Shown here one piece after another: positions 1 through 10,587 of a stretch of 44,054 bases of DNA. The notes under the pieces are model-generated. The model did no database searches. It had not been told where the DNA came from and saw only the letters and a list, made by a program, of their open reading frames with translations. Numbering within the stretch: position 1 is the stretch's first letter; each line of letters begins with the position of its first letter. The DNA comes from Circinaria calcarea (lineage: Eukaryota), in NCBI GenBank assembly GCA_051942165.1, contig JAVECS010000019.1:1-44054 (forward strand), read 5' to 3'. Made by a program: the position numbers and the translations under genes.

Positions 1-49
1 GTCTATAAACATGTTATTCTAAAGAGCGGGAATAGCCTGCTATATATAA

Positions 50-163
50 CACCCTGCTCACCCTGTTTACTCTGCTCATCTCCATGAGCACCATGAGCAT
101 ACGGAGCACCCTGCTCACCCTGCTCACTCTGCTCATCTCCCTGAGCACCATAAGCACACTGAA
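50..163. repeat. Two-copy 57-bp tandem duplication built partly from 9-bp CACCCTGCT-like subunits
   Basis: Unit 1 (50-106, caccctgctcaccctgtttactctgctcatctccatgagcaccatgagcatacggag) aligns without gaps to unit 2 (107-163, caccctgctcaccctgctcactctgctcatctccctgagcaccataagcacactgaa). Five of the seven differences are C/T or G/A transitions. Confidence 0.85.
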
Positions 164-240
164 CACCTCGGTGGTGTAGGTTCCTCCGGCCCGCGGTCCT
201 TCCCGACCCGGTCTAGCGCATATCATAGCGGGCACGTCAT

Positions 241-555
241 AATAATATTTTATATTTAAATATATAAAAAAATTAATTTATAACGCGTTACGCGTGGCGG
301 CGTATACCGGCGTATTTATTTTAAAAAATAATATAAATTAATATTAAAAAAATCCCCACTTTAAATTTTATATACGACGCGTAGTACCGATTTTAAAAAA
401 AAAAAATTTTATTTATAAATAAAAATTAATTTATCCCGCGTTACGCGAGCTGTCGTATATTAATATAATATTTTTAAAAAATATTATAATATATATTTTC
501 GATTTATTGAAATTTTATTTCAAGGGATATTTTTATGTTGGGGAAATTTTATATA
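241..555. other. Extremely AT-rich tract with residual C/G mostly in CpG context (RIP-like hypermutated DNA)
   Basis: Long A/T runs interrupted mainly by CG-containing islands (taacgcgttacgcgtggcggcg, tacgacgcgtag, cccgcgttacgcg, gtcgta, ttcga). CpA/TpG dinucleotides are nearly absent. Confidence 0.7.
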
Positions 556-845
556 GTCGCGGGATTTCAACCTTTACCACGGCTTCCAAACTTAGCTCCC
601 TCTCTCGGTCCACCCTCTCCCTATCGCATTTCCTCTTGCGGCAGCGCGTCCTCTCTCTCTACCGCTCCATCATGCGCGCCACCGCCCAGATCTCCGACCC
701 CTTGACTCGCGCGGAGATGAGGGCTTTTGCCCGGGAGGAATTCGAGCGGAACCGGCGGGTCGGAGACATGACGCAGATTCGCTACTTGGTTTCGACGGGA
801 AAGACGCAATTTGAGAATATGAAGAGGTTCGTCGAGGGCCTGTAA
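535..845 (+). CDS. LYR-motif protein (LYRM2-like, mitochondrial); 5' end apparently frameshifted
   Basis: The ORF encodes SLSHFLLRQRVLSLYRSIMRA...EMRAFAREEFERNR...QIRYLVSTGK, the Complex1_LYR pattern (LYR plus downstream EF) typical of LYRM2. There is no in-frame ATG before the LYR motif. The ATG at 535 is out of frame by one base across the gggg-aaa-tttt homopolymers. Confidence 0.8.
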
Positions 846-1688
846 GCGCAGCTAGCAAGGGGGGTCGAAGAGGTAATCGAACCAGCGGGACCAGTGGGGT
901 TTGACGCGGTCAAGAGGAAAACGCAGTGAAGGTGGGATGGGGCACAGAAATATCGAGATGAGCTTTGGAAACTAGATTTTCATTATATAAGGATCTGCCT
1001 TGAGGGATTGTTTATGGATTTCAACAATATAGCATTGCTATTGCTCGCCAACGTTCCCACGCACAACGATATTACCACAAGGATTTCTTTCTTGAGGCTT
1101 TGCAAAGTCCTTGTCCTGGGATGTGGAGATCTGGGGGCAGGAGATTTGCCTCTGAAACTCAACATACGCAATCCTTATGAGGGCGAGGCGGCATGCAGAG
1201 TTGGAAGAGATATCGCAAAGCTATTCAGTTATTACGTCCTACGCAGTTAAGACAGCTTTGAGTCTGGGATTGGTTCTTCTACTGAGAATCTCTAAAGTAG
1301 ACATCAAACGGGGTGATCAGTGAATCTGACCATATGCTTCACTTCCGCATTGACCAGAGTTAGTCTGAGAGTCGTGATGACATGCGTTCCTAATGTCTAT
1401 AGCTACCCATCATAGAGTCCAAGTCTATAAACGCTTTTATTCTCCGATTCTCCCAGACCCATTCCCTGCCGTCTTAAAAATACCAAAGAATACTGTCAGA
1501 CGCTCACAAACAGTATGCCTATCGGATTAAGAAACATGTCTCATGCTGATGGCGAGATCGTTCATGCCTAGAGGTTGAGACAAGGTACCCAGGTGGTGTT
1601 CCGAAGTCGACAACGAGACCCAGACGAGACCTTGATAGGGGATGCTTAGATCAATAATGTTCAGCATTCGTGCTCAAGATCGAGTACT

Positions 1689-3427
1689 TTAATCCCGGAG
1701 AAACATTCGGTAGCTTGGCGAATCCGTACAATCCGAAAATGGATATCCCAACTTGACCAGGAACCCCTCGAGCTCTTCCTTCGCCAACTCAGGACACTGC
1801 ATACCAGCCAGTACCTTCCCGACATCGCCCCCGTGGTTCCGATAGTGAAAGAGACTTATATTTTGATCGGGCCTCAGTGTAGTAAGGAATTTGACCAGTG
1901 CACCAGGTCGCTCGGGAAATTCAAACATATAGAGCCGTTCATCCTTAACTCCACTTCTACCTCCCACAAGATAACGAACATGAGACTTTGCAAGCTCATC
2001 ATCGCTAAGATCAATAGCAGTCATCCCATTCTTATTCAGTTGATGAATAAGAGATGTTAGTTCAGAAGTGCGAGAAGGCGCGTTGACTGAGATACCCATG
2101 AGTACACTTGCCGACTCATCTCTAGCATATCGATAACTGAACTCTGTCACAGCACGAGGACTTACGGCATTGACAAGTGCTGCAAAAGCTCCCGGTCTTT
2201 CTGGTATGTTTACACTCAGCAGTGCCTCCTTTTTCTCGCCCAGCGCAGCCCGCTCTGCAACGAACCGTAATCGGTCAAAATTCATGTTGGCACCAGAGGC
2301 AATAGCAACGAGACCTCGCTTTTGATTCGCTGATGGATTCCTGGCAACGTATTTCTTGAGTCCTGCTAGTGCTAGCGCTCCTGCAGGCTCCACAATCGAT
2401 CTAGTATCTTCAAACACATCTTTGATGGCTGCACATGTTTCATCTGTTGTAACTTCGATAATCTCATCCACAACCTCGGAGCAGAGTCGGAATGTCTCTT
2501 CCCCGACTGTTTTCACTGCTGCTCCATCTGCGAACAGTCCAACATCCTTCAGCACCACTCTTTCTTTCCTCTTCAGGCTTTGTACCATGGCATTGGCGTC
2601 ATAAGCCTCCACCCCTATGATCTTGACTTGGGGTGCAATCCTTTTGATATACACCCCAAGCCCTGCAATAAGTCCTCCTCCACCAACGCAGCTGAAAACC
2701 GCCTCCAGGTCCTGTAAATTAGTTTGCCGCAAGATCTCCATACCTATGGTACCCTGGCCTGCAATGACATATGGATCGTCGAAAGGGGCTATATTAGTTA
2801 GACCGTGCAGCTTTTCTAATCGTACTGCCTCCCCTTTAGCGGAGTCGAAATCTTCGCCGTGCAGAATGACAGATCCACCCATGCGTGAGACGTTCAGGTG
2901 CTTAATCGAAGGCGTACCCGAAGGCATAACAATGGTTGCCGGTATCTTGAGTCGCCGAGCCGAATATGCAACTCCCTGAGCATGATTTCCTGTACTCTCT
3001 CTCAGTCCGGGTCGACCAAGAAGCACCGTCTTTATTCACCAGCCGAGCATGCCACCACGCCCCTCCATCGCTCATTTGGATCTAGATGGGCCATCTTGTT
3101 GTACGCTCCTCGCAGTTTGAAGCTGAAAACAGGTTGAAGATCTTCGCGCTTCAAAAGTACATTGCATTCCAACCGATTACTGAGGTTTACCGCATGGGTG
3201 AGGGGGGTTTCGTTCACCACTTCGTAGACTCGAGATGTGAGTATAAGACGAAGGTAGTCTGGATAGCCATCGGGAAGTAAAAAGGGCTCTGGGACTAGTA
3301 ATGAAGCTGCAGGCTTCGAGGCCTTGGATGGCGGTGAAGGGTTTGCTGTATACTCAGTCAGAGATAAGCCATTGACCTTTTTTAAGTCTTCTGCGGAGAC
3401 ACCGTTGGAGAGGGTGATGTCGGCCAT
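1689..3427 (-). CDS. ILV1: Biosynthetic threonine dehydratase (deaminase), 2 exons (3427-3040, 2989-1689)
   Basis: PLP-lysine motif [18 protein letters not shown]. The VACSAG|NHAQG motif is restored by a 50-nt GTGAAT..CAG intron (3039-2990). Also [22 protein letters not shown] and two C-terminal regulatory ACT-like repeats ([16 protein letters not shown]). Confidence 0.97.
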
Positions 3428-3859
3428 TTGTTGAGAGTCAATGGAGAGCCCAACCAGGCATCCAGCATAGAATTGAATCTTGAAAATTACGTCGAAATAT
3501 AGGAAAACCCCGTTTAAAAACCGAGTCCCAAGTCCCTGCATGGAGATCTCCCGCTAGTGGAGCTACCATACCCCAGATCTTCGGGATGCACGGACGCTCG
3601 TGGTATGCCTGTCAATACTATGTTTGTAGTGCGAGGCAATCGAAGATTCTTCCATTGTTAACGCAGGATACTCGTCTTTTTCCAATTGATATAATCCCCT
3701 TCTTTGACACGACGCTTATACGCTCTCTAGGCTGTATCCACCTTCTACTGATATGCTCAAGAAGCCCCTATTTATTTCCATTAGGACCATAGCTTGATGA
3801 CATCATTACTCCAAGGTCGGATCGGATTGTCGCGGTAAACAGATTAGATTTATCCCATC

Positions 3860-4464
3860 ATGTCGACTTCCCGTCTACCGTCATCTTTTGATGAAGATAC
3901 GTAGGTTACAGTTTAAAAACTGTCATTCGTATACTCACCATGTTGCAGAGATTTCTATGAGGAAAACCGATGGCAGAAATTCTCTCGTCGATTAAAGGAG
4001 GAGCCCCTCATTCCCTTAGGTCCATCTTCCATCACCTACGCCGTTCCTCCATTACATCTAACCCCGTTTCACTAGGATGTGGTCTCACCTGCTGGGCTCT
4101 CCTAGGTGCCTCCCGATCCATCCGCGCCGGCGACCACGTCAAAACCAATCGCATGTTCCGAGCTAGAATCTACGCCCAAGGTTTCACTCTCATTGCAATG
4201 GTTGCCGGCTCGATATACTGGAGTGGGGATCGGGACCGACGGAAGCAGTTTGAGGGTGTTGTGGCCGAGAAGAAGGCCAGGGAGAAGAATGAGGCGTGGA
4301 TCCGGGAGCTGGAGGCCCGGGACATAGAAGATAGGGAGATAGCGGCCAAGCGGGAAGAACTCCGTAAACGGAGGGAAGAAGGGCTGGCGAGATGTGTGAT
4401 TGAGAGGAGGGAGGAGAGGAGACTGGGCATTTTGGCTGCGGTGAAGGATCTCGTGGGAAAATGA
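3860..4464 (+). CDS. RCF1: Respiratory supercomplex factor 1 (HIG1 domain), 3 exons (3860-3900, 3949-4019, 4076-4464)
   Basis: The spliced product [46 protein letters not shown]...NRMFRARIYAQGFTL...AWIRELEARD matches the fungal Rcf1 signature (EEPLIP, RARIYAQ, WIRELE). Introns are 3901-3948 and 4020-4075, the latter with a CTAAC branch point. Confidence 0.93.
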
Positions 4465-5406
4465 GCATGGGTATGGCGTTCGAGGAGCCATTATTATGGA
4501 GTTGGATGAAGCACTCAATACTAAAAATCTCTTGACACAGGAGAGATAGGTTTTGTTATACCAAGTTTATCCATTCAATCATCCCATTTGCGAACCAAGT
4601 AGGGTGTCAAGTCTTGATATTTAGCCATAGAACATTACAGAGTATGCTAGAGGCGTTCGGCCCCCATGTGGAAGAGGTTCCTACTAACCAGCTGCTGCAT
4701 ATACATCTATGCGACAAATATCATAGGGACTGTAGCGTGAGCATAGCAATTGACCAGTCTCAAAGCATACGCAGAATATATAAGCATTTGAGAAAGCATC
4801 GGGGTTCCCGTCTAACGTTCATTCTTCTTATGTATGGAGACCTTCCATAATGATATGTTTAAATGTCTCAATCTCGCCTAAGCTGCTTTGGGAGGGATAT
4901 TTCGATTCTTCTGAGGGCGTTGACGGGATAGTGAAGTGGGCGGGATTAGTCTCGGGAGGGCCGTTTGGTGTAGAAAAACTGTCCTTCTTTGTAACATCTC
5001 CTTGCGATTGGATTTTGATGCGGTACGTTACTCTGGCTAGAACATAGCGCATCAATCTCCGGCACTGGGTTTGGCCATGATCATCCTGTGCTATACCGCC
5101 TCGGTGGCTGTCACGCCGGTACCTATTGTCCTCAAACTGGTTATGAGAATATTGAAAATCTACTCGTCACATTCCTTGCTCAATAACGAGCACATCAAAC
5201 GTATATGCGGTGGGGTCTTTTTACGCTACACTCTCCTGCCCATCATAGATGCTACTCGAGGTAGAAATCACGAGTCCCGCTTACCAGCCAGACACCGTTC
5301 GTATTAAGAATCCTTACCGGGTCTTTGCAAACCATTACACAACTTTACACTGCATCGTTGGCTGAGACGTGGTAACGAAGACAATTGCTGGGGCATACTG
5401 GACATT

Positions 5407-6036
5407 ATGTCTTATCCATTGCCCCGAATAGAACAGGCCAATAGCCTTGAACTCTCCAGCTTCAAGTCTACCTATCTCCCGAACGATAGCCCACAGTTGA
5501 TCTTCCAACATCCAAAATCCGACGGAAAATATAGAATTAGTCTCGAAACATCTTCTACCATTGCGAGCGCAGATCTAGAGGCATGTTTCAATCTCATTGC
5601 CTTCACCAGCGCAGAGACCTACAAAGCCTCGAGCATGGGCTGGTCGCCATCCAAGAAGCGCAAAGAAATGCGCCTTCCCGATCTCCGGTACCTACTCGTC
5701 AAGTCAGAGTCAGACAGTCCGCCAGAGGCGTTCCTTTCGTTCATGCTTACCTACGAGGACGGCCATGAGGTTATCTACTGCTATGAGATCCACCTCTCCC
5801 CCCATCTACAACGTTCAGGACTTGGCAAGCGTCTGATGCAGATCGTGGAAGGCATGGGTAGAGTGGCTGAACTCGAGAAGGCCATGTTGACCGTCTTCAC
5901 GGGAAACCAAGATGCACTTGGCTTTTATGGAAAACTTGGATATGAGGTAGACGATTACTCACCACAACCGAGAGCTTTGAGAAACGGAGTAGTTAAGAAG
6001 CCGGATTATGTCATCCTTTCCAAACCGCTCAAGTAA
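5407..6036 (+). CDS. NAT4: N-alpha-acetyltransferase 40 (histone H4/H2A N-terminal GNAT)
   Basis: GWSPSKKRKEM..DLRYLLV, FLSFM..EDGHEVIYCYEIHL, acetyl-CoA motif QRSGLG and MLTVF..N..ALGFY..LGY..DDYSP are characteristic of Nat4/NAA40. Confidence 0.9.
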   Translation: MSYPLPRIEQANSLELSSFKSTYLPNDSPQLIFQHPKSDGKYRISLETSSTIASADLEACFNLIAFTSAETYKASSMGWSPSKKRKEMRLPDLRYLLVKSESDSPPEAFLSFMLTYEDGHEVIYCYEIHLSPHLQRSGLGKRLMQIVEGMGRVAELEKAMLTVFTGNQDALGFYGKLGYEVDDYSPQPRALRNGVVKKPDYVILSKPLK

Positions 6037-6103
6037 TCGGATCATGATAATGTACTGAGCTTAGACCTGACCGGGTTGAATACCTTTATGCTGGTGGCGC
6101 TCC

Positions 6104-7591
6104 TCATATCTGCTTTATAAGTCTACCTTTCATCTCCGGTCTCTCAACCTCCCATTCATCACGAAGTACTGCGCAGATATAGTCCCCTACCATGAGGGAG
6201 AGCGCAATACTCCACACCAGCGTGATGGCGTAGAAGAAGTTGGCATTTCCTGATCCGGCGTAGATCCAGAGGTAGTAGAAGGCGGGACCGAGAAAGGTAG
6301 CGTACAACAACGTTGAAACTGCTAGAAAGGTATGCCGCAGAACTGGCTTAAGTTTAGCCCACACCTCTTAATTGGGAATGGACCGGACTTACGTGGGAAA
6401 ATATGAGCGTACAGTGGGAGAAGAGCAAAATATAATGAAGTATCGGAGATACTAGGATACGGCTTAAAAATAGCGAAGATGCCAAGCATACTGGTAATGA
6501 CAAACAGTGGCTGCCTCCGGACACGAATACTGAGACCACCCACGTAGCTACCCAGATGTAGCCAGAATACCCCAAGGAAGAACTCCCGAAACGAATCGAA
6601 CATCTCAATAAAGAAATACCACCACAAGCCCACGTTTGGTGTCAAATCTGGTAGAAGAAGTTGAACACCGTACGTCGAAGGTAGAAATTCCCAAGAGCTT
6701 CCGGTGATGAGGTACGACATGTACAACAGTAATCCCACGCCGGCGAAGAAGCTGCCAGCGTTGGTGGCAATAAAGGCTAGTACAGTTCTCGTTTCCTTTT
6801 TATTTCTATGTACTCGATCATAGGACAGCAGCAAAAGGGGCGGCAAAAGTAACGCTGGGTAAAGTGAGAAATAAGAGGCCAGGGCCAAGGCCAGCATCGA
6901 ATTCAGAGATTTCCCATCGATGGCTTTGGCAACCGCAAGGAGTATCGCACAGTTAGTAAATACACTTGTGGGACGGCCAATGCAGCTTGCGATGGTCAGT
7001 GGATTAAACAAGAAACTAGACGTGCATCAGCGTCTTCCGTTCCAAGCTTTCGACTTTCTCTGATTTCTTACGCTGCCCCCACTGCAATAGTGTCCCACTT
7101 GATGTCCTTCCTCGAAGACTGGAAAAGTCGTGATGAGCGAGATTCCCCCGAGTCGGCGATCTTCATTATAGCATTTGCAGAAAGGAGGTCCACGAGAATA
7201 TATAGGATTATTGTCACTACCGAGAATGCAGCCTGGGGTATCATTGCAAAGAACGGCAGAAAGATAGGAGCCTAGGATATGGAATCAGTGTGGATACGTT
7301 CCGATATCCATCAGTGTACCTGTAGCAGGAACATACCTGGTGAAAGATTCCCCCATTGTAAGGAGAGACATTGTGGGTGTAGAGGAACAACCCCTCTCGT
7401 ACTGTTCGGGGAACTTAGTTTCTGCTCATCAACAAATTTGTACCCGTATACATACGTCGCTTGAAGCTTGTCACCGGAGTTGAGATCTCAACCCTCCCCG
7501 TGAGGAGATCTGGTAAAGAAGGGAAACCAACTGACAGAAGAAGCCGAAGGGCTGAGGCAGCTCCGAAGAGGAACGCTTTTCGTTCGTCCAT
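6104..7591 (-). CDS. GAB1: GPI transamidase subunit PIG-U/Gab1, 5 exons
   Basis: Spliced exons give MDERKAFLFG...RVEISTPVTSFKR|LREGLFLYTHNVSPYNGGIFHQ|APIFL...|FLFNPLTIASC...DLTPNVGLWWYFFIEMFDSFREFF...KPYPSISD...|LWIYAGSGNANFFYAITLV, all PIG-U hallmarks. Introns are canonical GT-AG. Confidence 0.95.
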
Positions 7592-7845
7592 GACTTTTGT
7601 GACCCCTTCACCGATGGCGAGTAGAATTTCTCATTGATGCAGCTTGAACATTCATTTTCCGAGGTGAGCGTTTTATAGACATAAATGTAAATAGATAACT
7701 CGAGAGCTGTTCCTCTACGCTAAACCCAAACGGGTGCTGCCGCCAGGAATTGGGATTTCATGAGCTCTTCGCGTAGCAAGATTGAGTGTATCCCATTCTC
7801 TTGACCTTCACTGAACTCAATTTGCACGGTACAGGCGGTTTGGGG

Positions 7846-10171
7846 ATGCTTCGCGTAGCTCTGCCCCTTGGCAGACGAGTTGTTTCGGGAGCAATCACGT
7901 CCAGGAACGCTTCTCAATGGACTCCGCGACAGAGCAGTGGCATATCGTGCCCAGTAGGATAAAACCATTGACCGACTCTCAATACACAGCTGACATTGTC
8001 TATCGCAGCAGCGAGGATTGGCGGATGCTCGAAAGCCGGACGGGAATACGAAACCGAGCATACATGATTCAGATGCCGTTGTCCTACCAGGATCTCAAAG
8101 TCTCACGGCGACTGAAGCTATTCCACCGCCACCTGGCCCTGTTCCTCCAGTCTCGCCCTCGAGCAATATACCTGCATCTCCAGTCTCAGACTCCACTATA
8201 CCACCGGATAATGTGCCATTGACTCCTCCACCTCCTCCAGAACACAGTACTGAAACCTCCCCGCCCACAGCGTTACCACCACCGTCTGGGACATTTAAAT
8301 CTCCAAGCTCATCCACTTCACCTCCGCCTCCTCCACCAAGAAAGCGTAGGCGATTCAGGAGATTCTTGCTCACCCTCCTTGTACTAGGTAGTCTTAGCTA
8401 CGCAGGGGGCATTTGGTATTCACTCGTATCGGACAATTTCCACGACTTCTTTACGGAATACATACCATTTAGCGAGGACGCAGTCTTATACTTTGAAGAG
8501 AGGCAATTCCGGAAACGCTTCCCCAACACTTCTCATCCGACTAGTCGTTTTAACACTCCTAGAGATTCGGGAAACAAGATTACTATCCCAAGCAACAGTG
8601 GACTTTCCTGGAGGGTCGCAGAAGATGGAAATAAAGCAAGTGAATTGGGTTCGAGGGGTCGTCATATGAGTGCCTTAGAAGAGAACACACCGAAACCACG
8701 AGTAGAGAATGCCCTGCAGACCCCGTCTACTGCTACTAATGACGAAAAGACCAAATCTGTCGAGCAGGCCAAGAAGGACGCCCCTCCTAGCGATACCAAA
8801 ACTATTCCAACACTTTCTGAGAAGCCCATGACCGAGACGAAATCCTTACCGAAAATTGAAGCACCGTCGTCCAAGGTAGATTCTCCACCACCTGTTCCAA
8901 CAACTTCAAAGTCTTCAGAGCCATCGAAAGATACGGCAGAAACACCTAAGAAACTACCGGAAGTTGATGAACCGAACGTCTTCGTTCCCATCGCCCGGAT
9001 CGATCCACTCAAAATCAATAATGCAGATGAGCCTTTGGTTCAGGACCTGGTCAAGATCCTTAATGATATTATTACTGTTGTCAATGCAGACAATGCAAAT
9101 CCCAAGTATTCCTCGACAATCAATAAAGCGAAGGCAGAAATAGCTGGTGTGGGTCACAAAATCATTGCCTTGAAAAACGCAGAGAAAAAGGCTGCAGATG
9201 AGAAAATCAAATCAGCTCAGAGCGATTTTGACAAAGGTGCCAGGGAATTGGTACGACGGCTTGAGGAAGAGATGCGTGATCAAGAAGCACGATGGAAAGA
9301 TGAATTTGAATCTGAACGGGAGAAGATCTCACAGACATATCAGGAGCGTCTCAAGTCGGAGCTTGAAAGATCACAACAAGTCACAGCTCAGCAAATCCGA
9401 AATCAACTCCTCGAGCAAGCTCTCGTTCTGAAAAAGCAATTTTCTTCGGAAGTAAAAGATCGTGTGGAAACCGAGAGGGGCGGCCGTCTATCTAAACTCT
9501 CTGAATTGTCTTCGAGTGTCGAAGAACTGCAGAAGTTAACTTCGGAATGGAATTCTGTCATCGATGCTAACCTGAAAACTCAGCACATGCAGGTGGCTAT
9601 CGAAGCTGTCCGTAACAGCTTAGAACAAGCAGACCGTCCACGTCCTTTTGTCAGGGAACTCGCCGCACTCAAAGAGGTTGCCGGCGACGACCCTATTGTC
9701 AATAGTGCCATCGCATCCATCAATCCCTCGGCGTACCAACTTGGTGTGCCAACACCGGGGCAATTGATTGACCGATTCCGCCGTGTGGCTGGTGAAGTAC
9801 GCAAGGCATCCTTATTAACAGAGGATGCGGGTGTGGCGAGTCATGCGGCAAGCTACCTGTTGAGTAAAATACTTTATAAGAAGCAGGGATTAGCAGTTGG
9901 GGACGATATTGAGAGTGTGCTCACCAGGACAGAGACTCTGCTGGAGGAAGGAAACCTGGACGAAGCGGCGAGACAGATGAATGGACTTACTGGGTGGGCA
10001 AAGACTCTAAGTAGAGATTGGTTGGCCGACACGAGGCGGGTACTGGAGGTTCGACAAGCTCTTGATGTATGTCTTCCAACAGTACAACATCTGAGCATTC
10101 ATTGGGTCAGCTGACATCGGTGCTAGGTTATTTCTACAGAAGCGCGTCTACAAAGCCTAAAGGTTGATTAG
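7846..10171 (+). CDS. MIC60: MICOS subunit Mic60 (mitofilin), 3 exons
   Basis: Presequence-like exon 1 (MLRVALPLGRRV...). Pro-rich region and basic stretch precede a TM helix followed by DNFHDFFTEYIPF. Then a long coiled coil and the mitofilin domain (LEEGNLDEAARQMNGLTGWAKTLSRDWL...RRVLEVRQAL|VISTEARLQSL). Introns at 7954-8008 and about 10066-10126. Confidence 0.95.
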
Positions 10172-10368
10172 AAGTAGTAGAATTTTGTACATTATCACCT
10201 GTATAAATTTTGAGACTACAACCAAAGCTCTAATAGAAGAAGCCAATGTCGTCTTCAAGCCCGTCCCTGATTGCACTTGTGCTGGCCGCTTGCATTTCTT
10301 ACACTCATAAAAGTCTCTCCGTTTCCCTCCCCGTCGAGATGCGTGGATGTACCGACATACTTGTGCAT

Positions 10369-10395
10369 GTCAACAAACGGAAATAATAATAAACA
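10369..10395 (+). promoter_or_regulatory. Two forkhead-like sites (GTCAACA, ATAAACA) upstream of the WD40 gene
   Basis: Matches to RYMAAYA about 200 nt upstream of ATG 10588. These short motifs can occur by chance. Confidence 0.3.
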
Positions 10396-10587
10396 ACTTG
10401 ATCATTTAGCATTAACAGTCGAATAGACTTCTCTTGTTAAGTCCACCCCGAAAGGATGACTAGCGACTTCCCTTACATTGATTGCGCCTGCTATAACTGA
10501 AGAATTCAGAGTTAGCACAATCGCATCCACCTATCTTCTCTCCAACAACTTGGAACGGTCATCTCTAGGCTTCCTCCGGTATCCATC

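Noticed and set aside
983..1250. Short overlapping ORFs between LYRM2 and ILV1
   Set aside because: Non-ATG starts, no recognisable motifs, and located in convergent 3' intergenic space.
1374..1549. Possible C/D box snoRNA (GTGATGA ... CTGA)
   Set aside because: No convincing terminal stem or rRNA-antisense guide; boxes this short occur by chance.
3797..3806. ATGACATCAT, a CRE/Gcn4-like site in the ILV1-RCF1 promoter
   Set aside because: Imperfect match; cannot be supported without conservation data.
4614..5307. Several 65-78 aa ORFs between RCF1 and NAT4
   Set aside because: No family motifs, no consistent splice structure and mostly non-ATG starts.
8006..8011. CAGCAG tandem acceptor in MIC60 intron 1
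   Set aside because: A common NAGNAG feature that changes one residue near the presequence; trivial.
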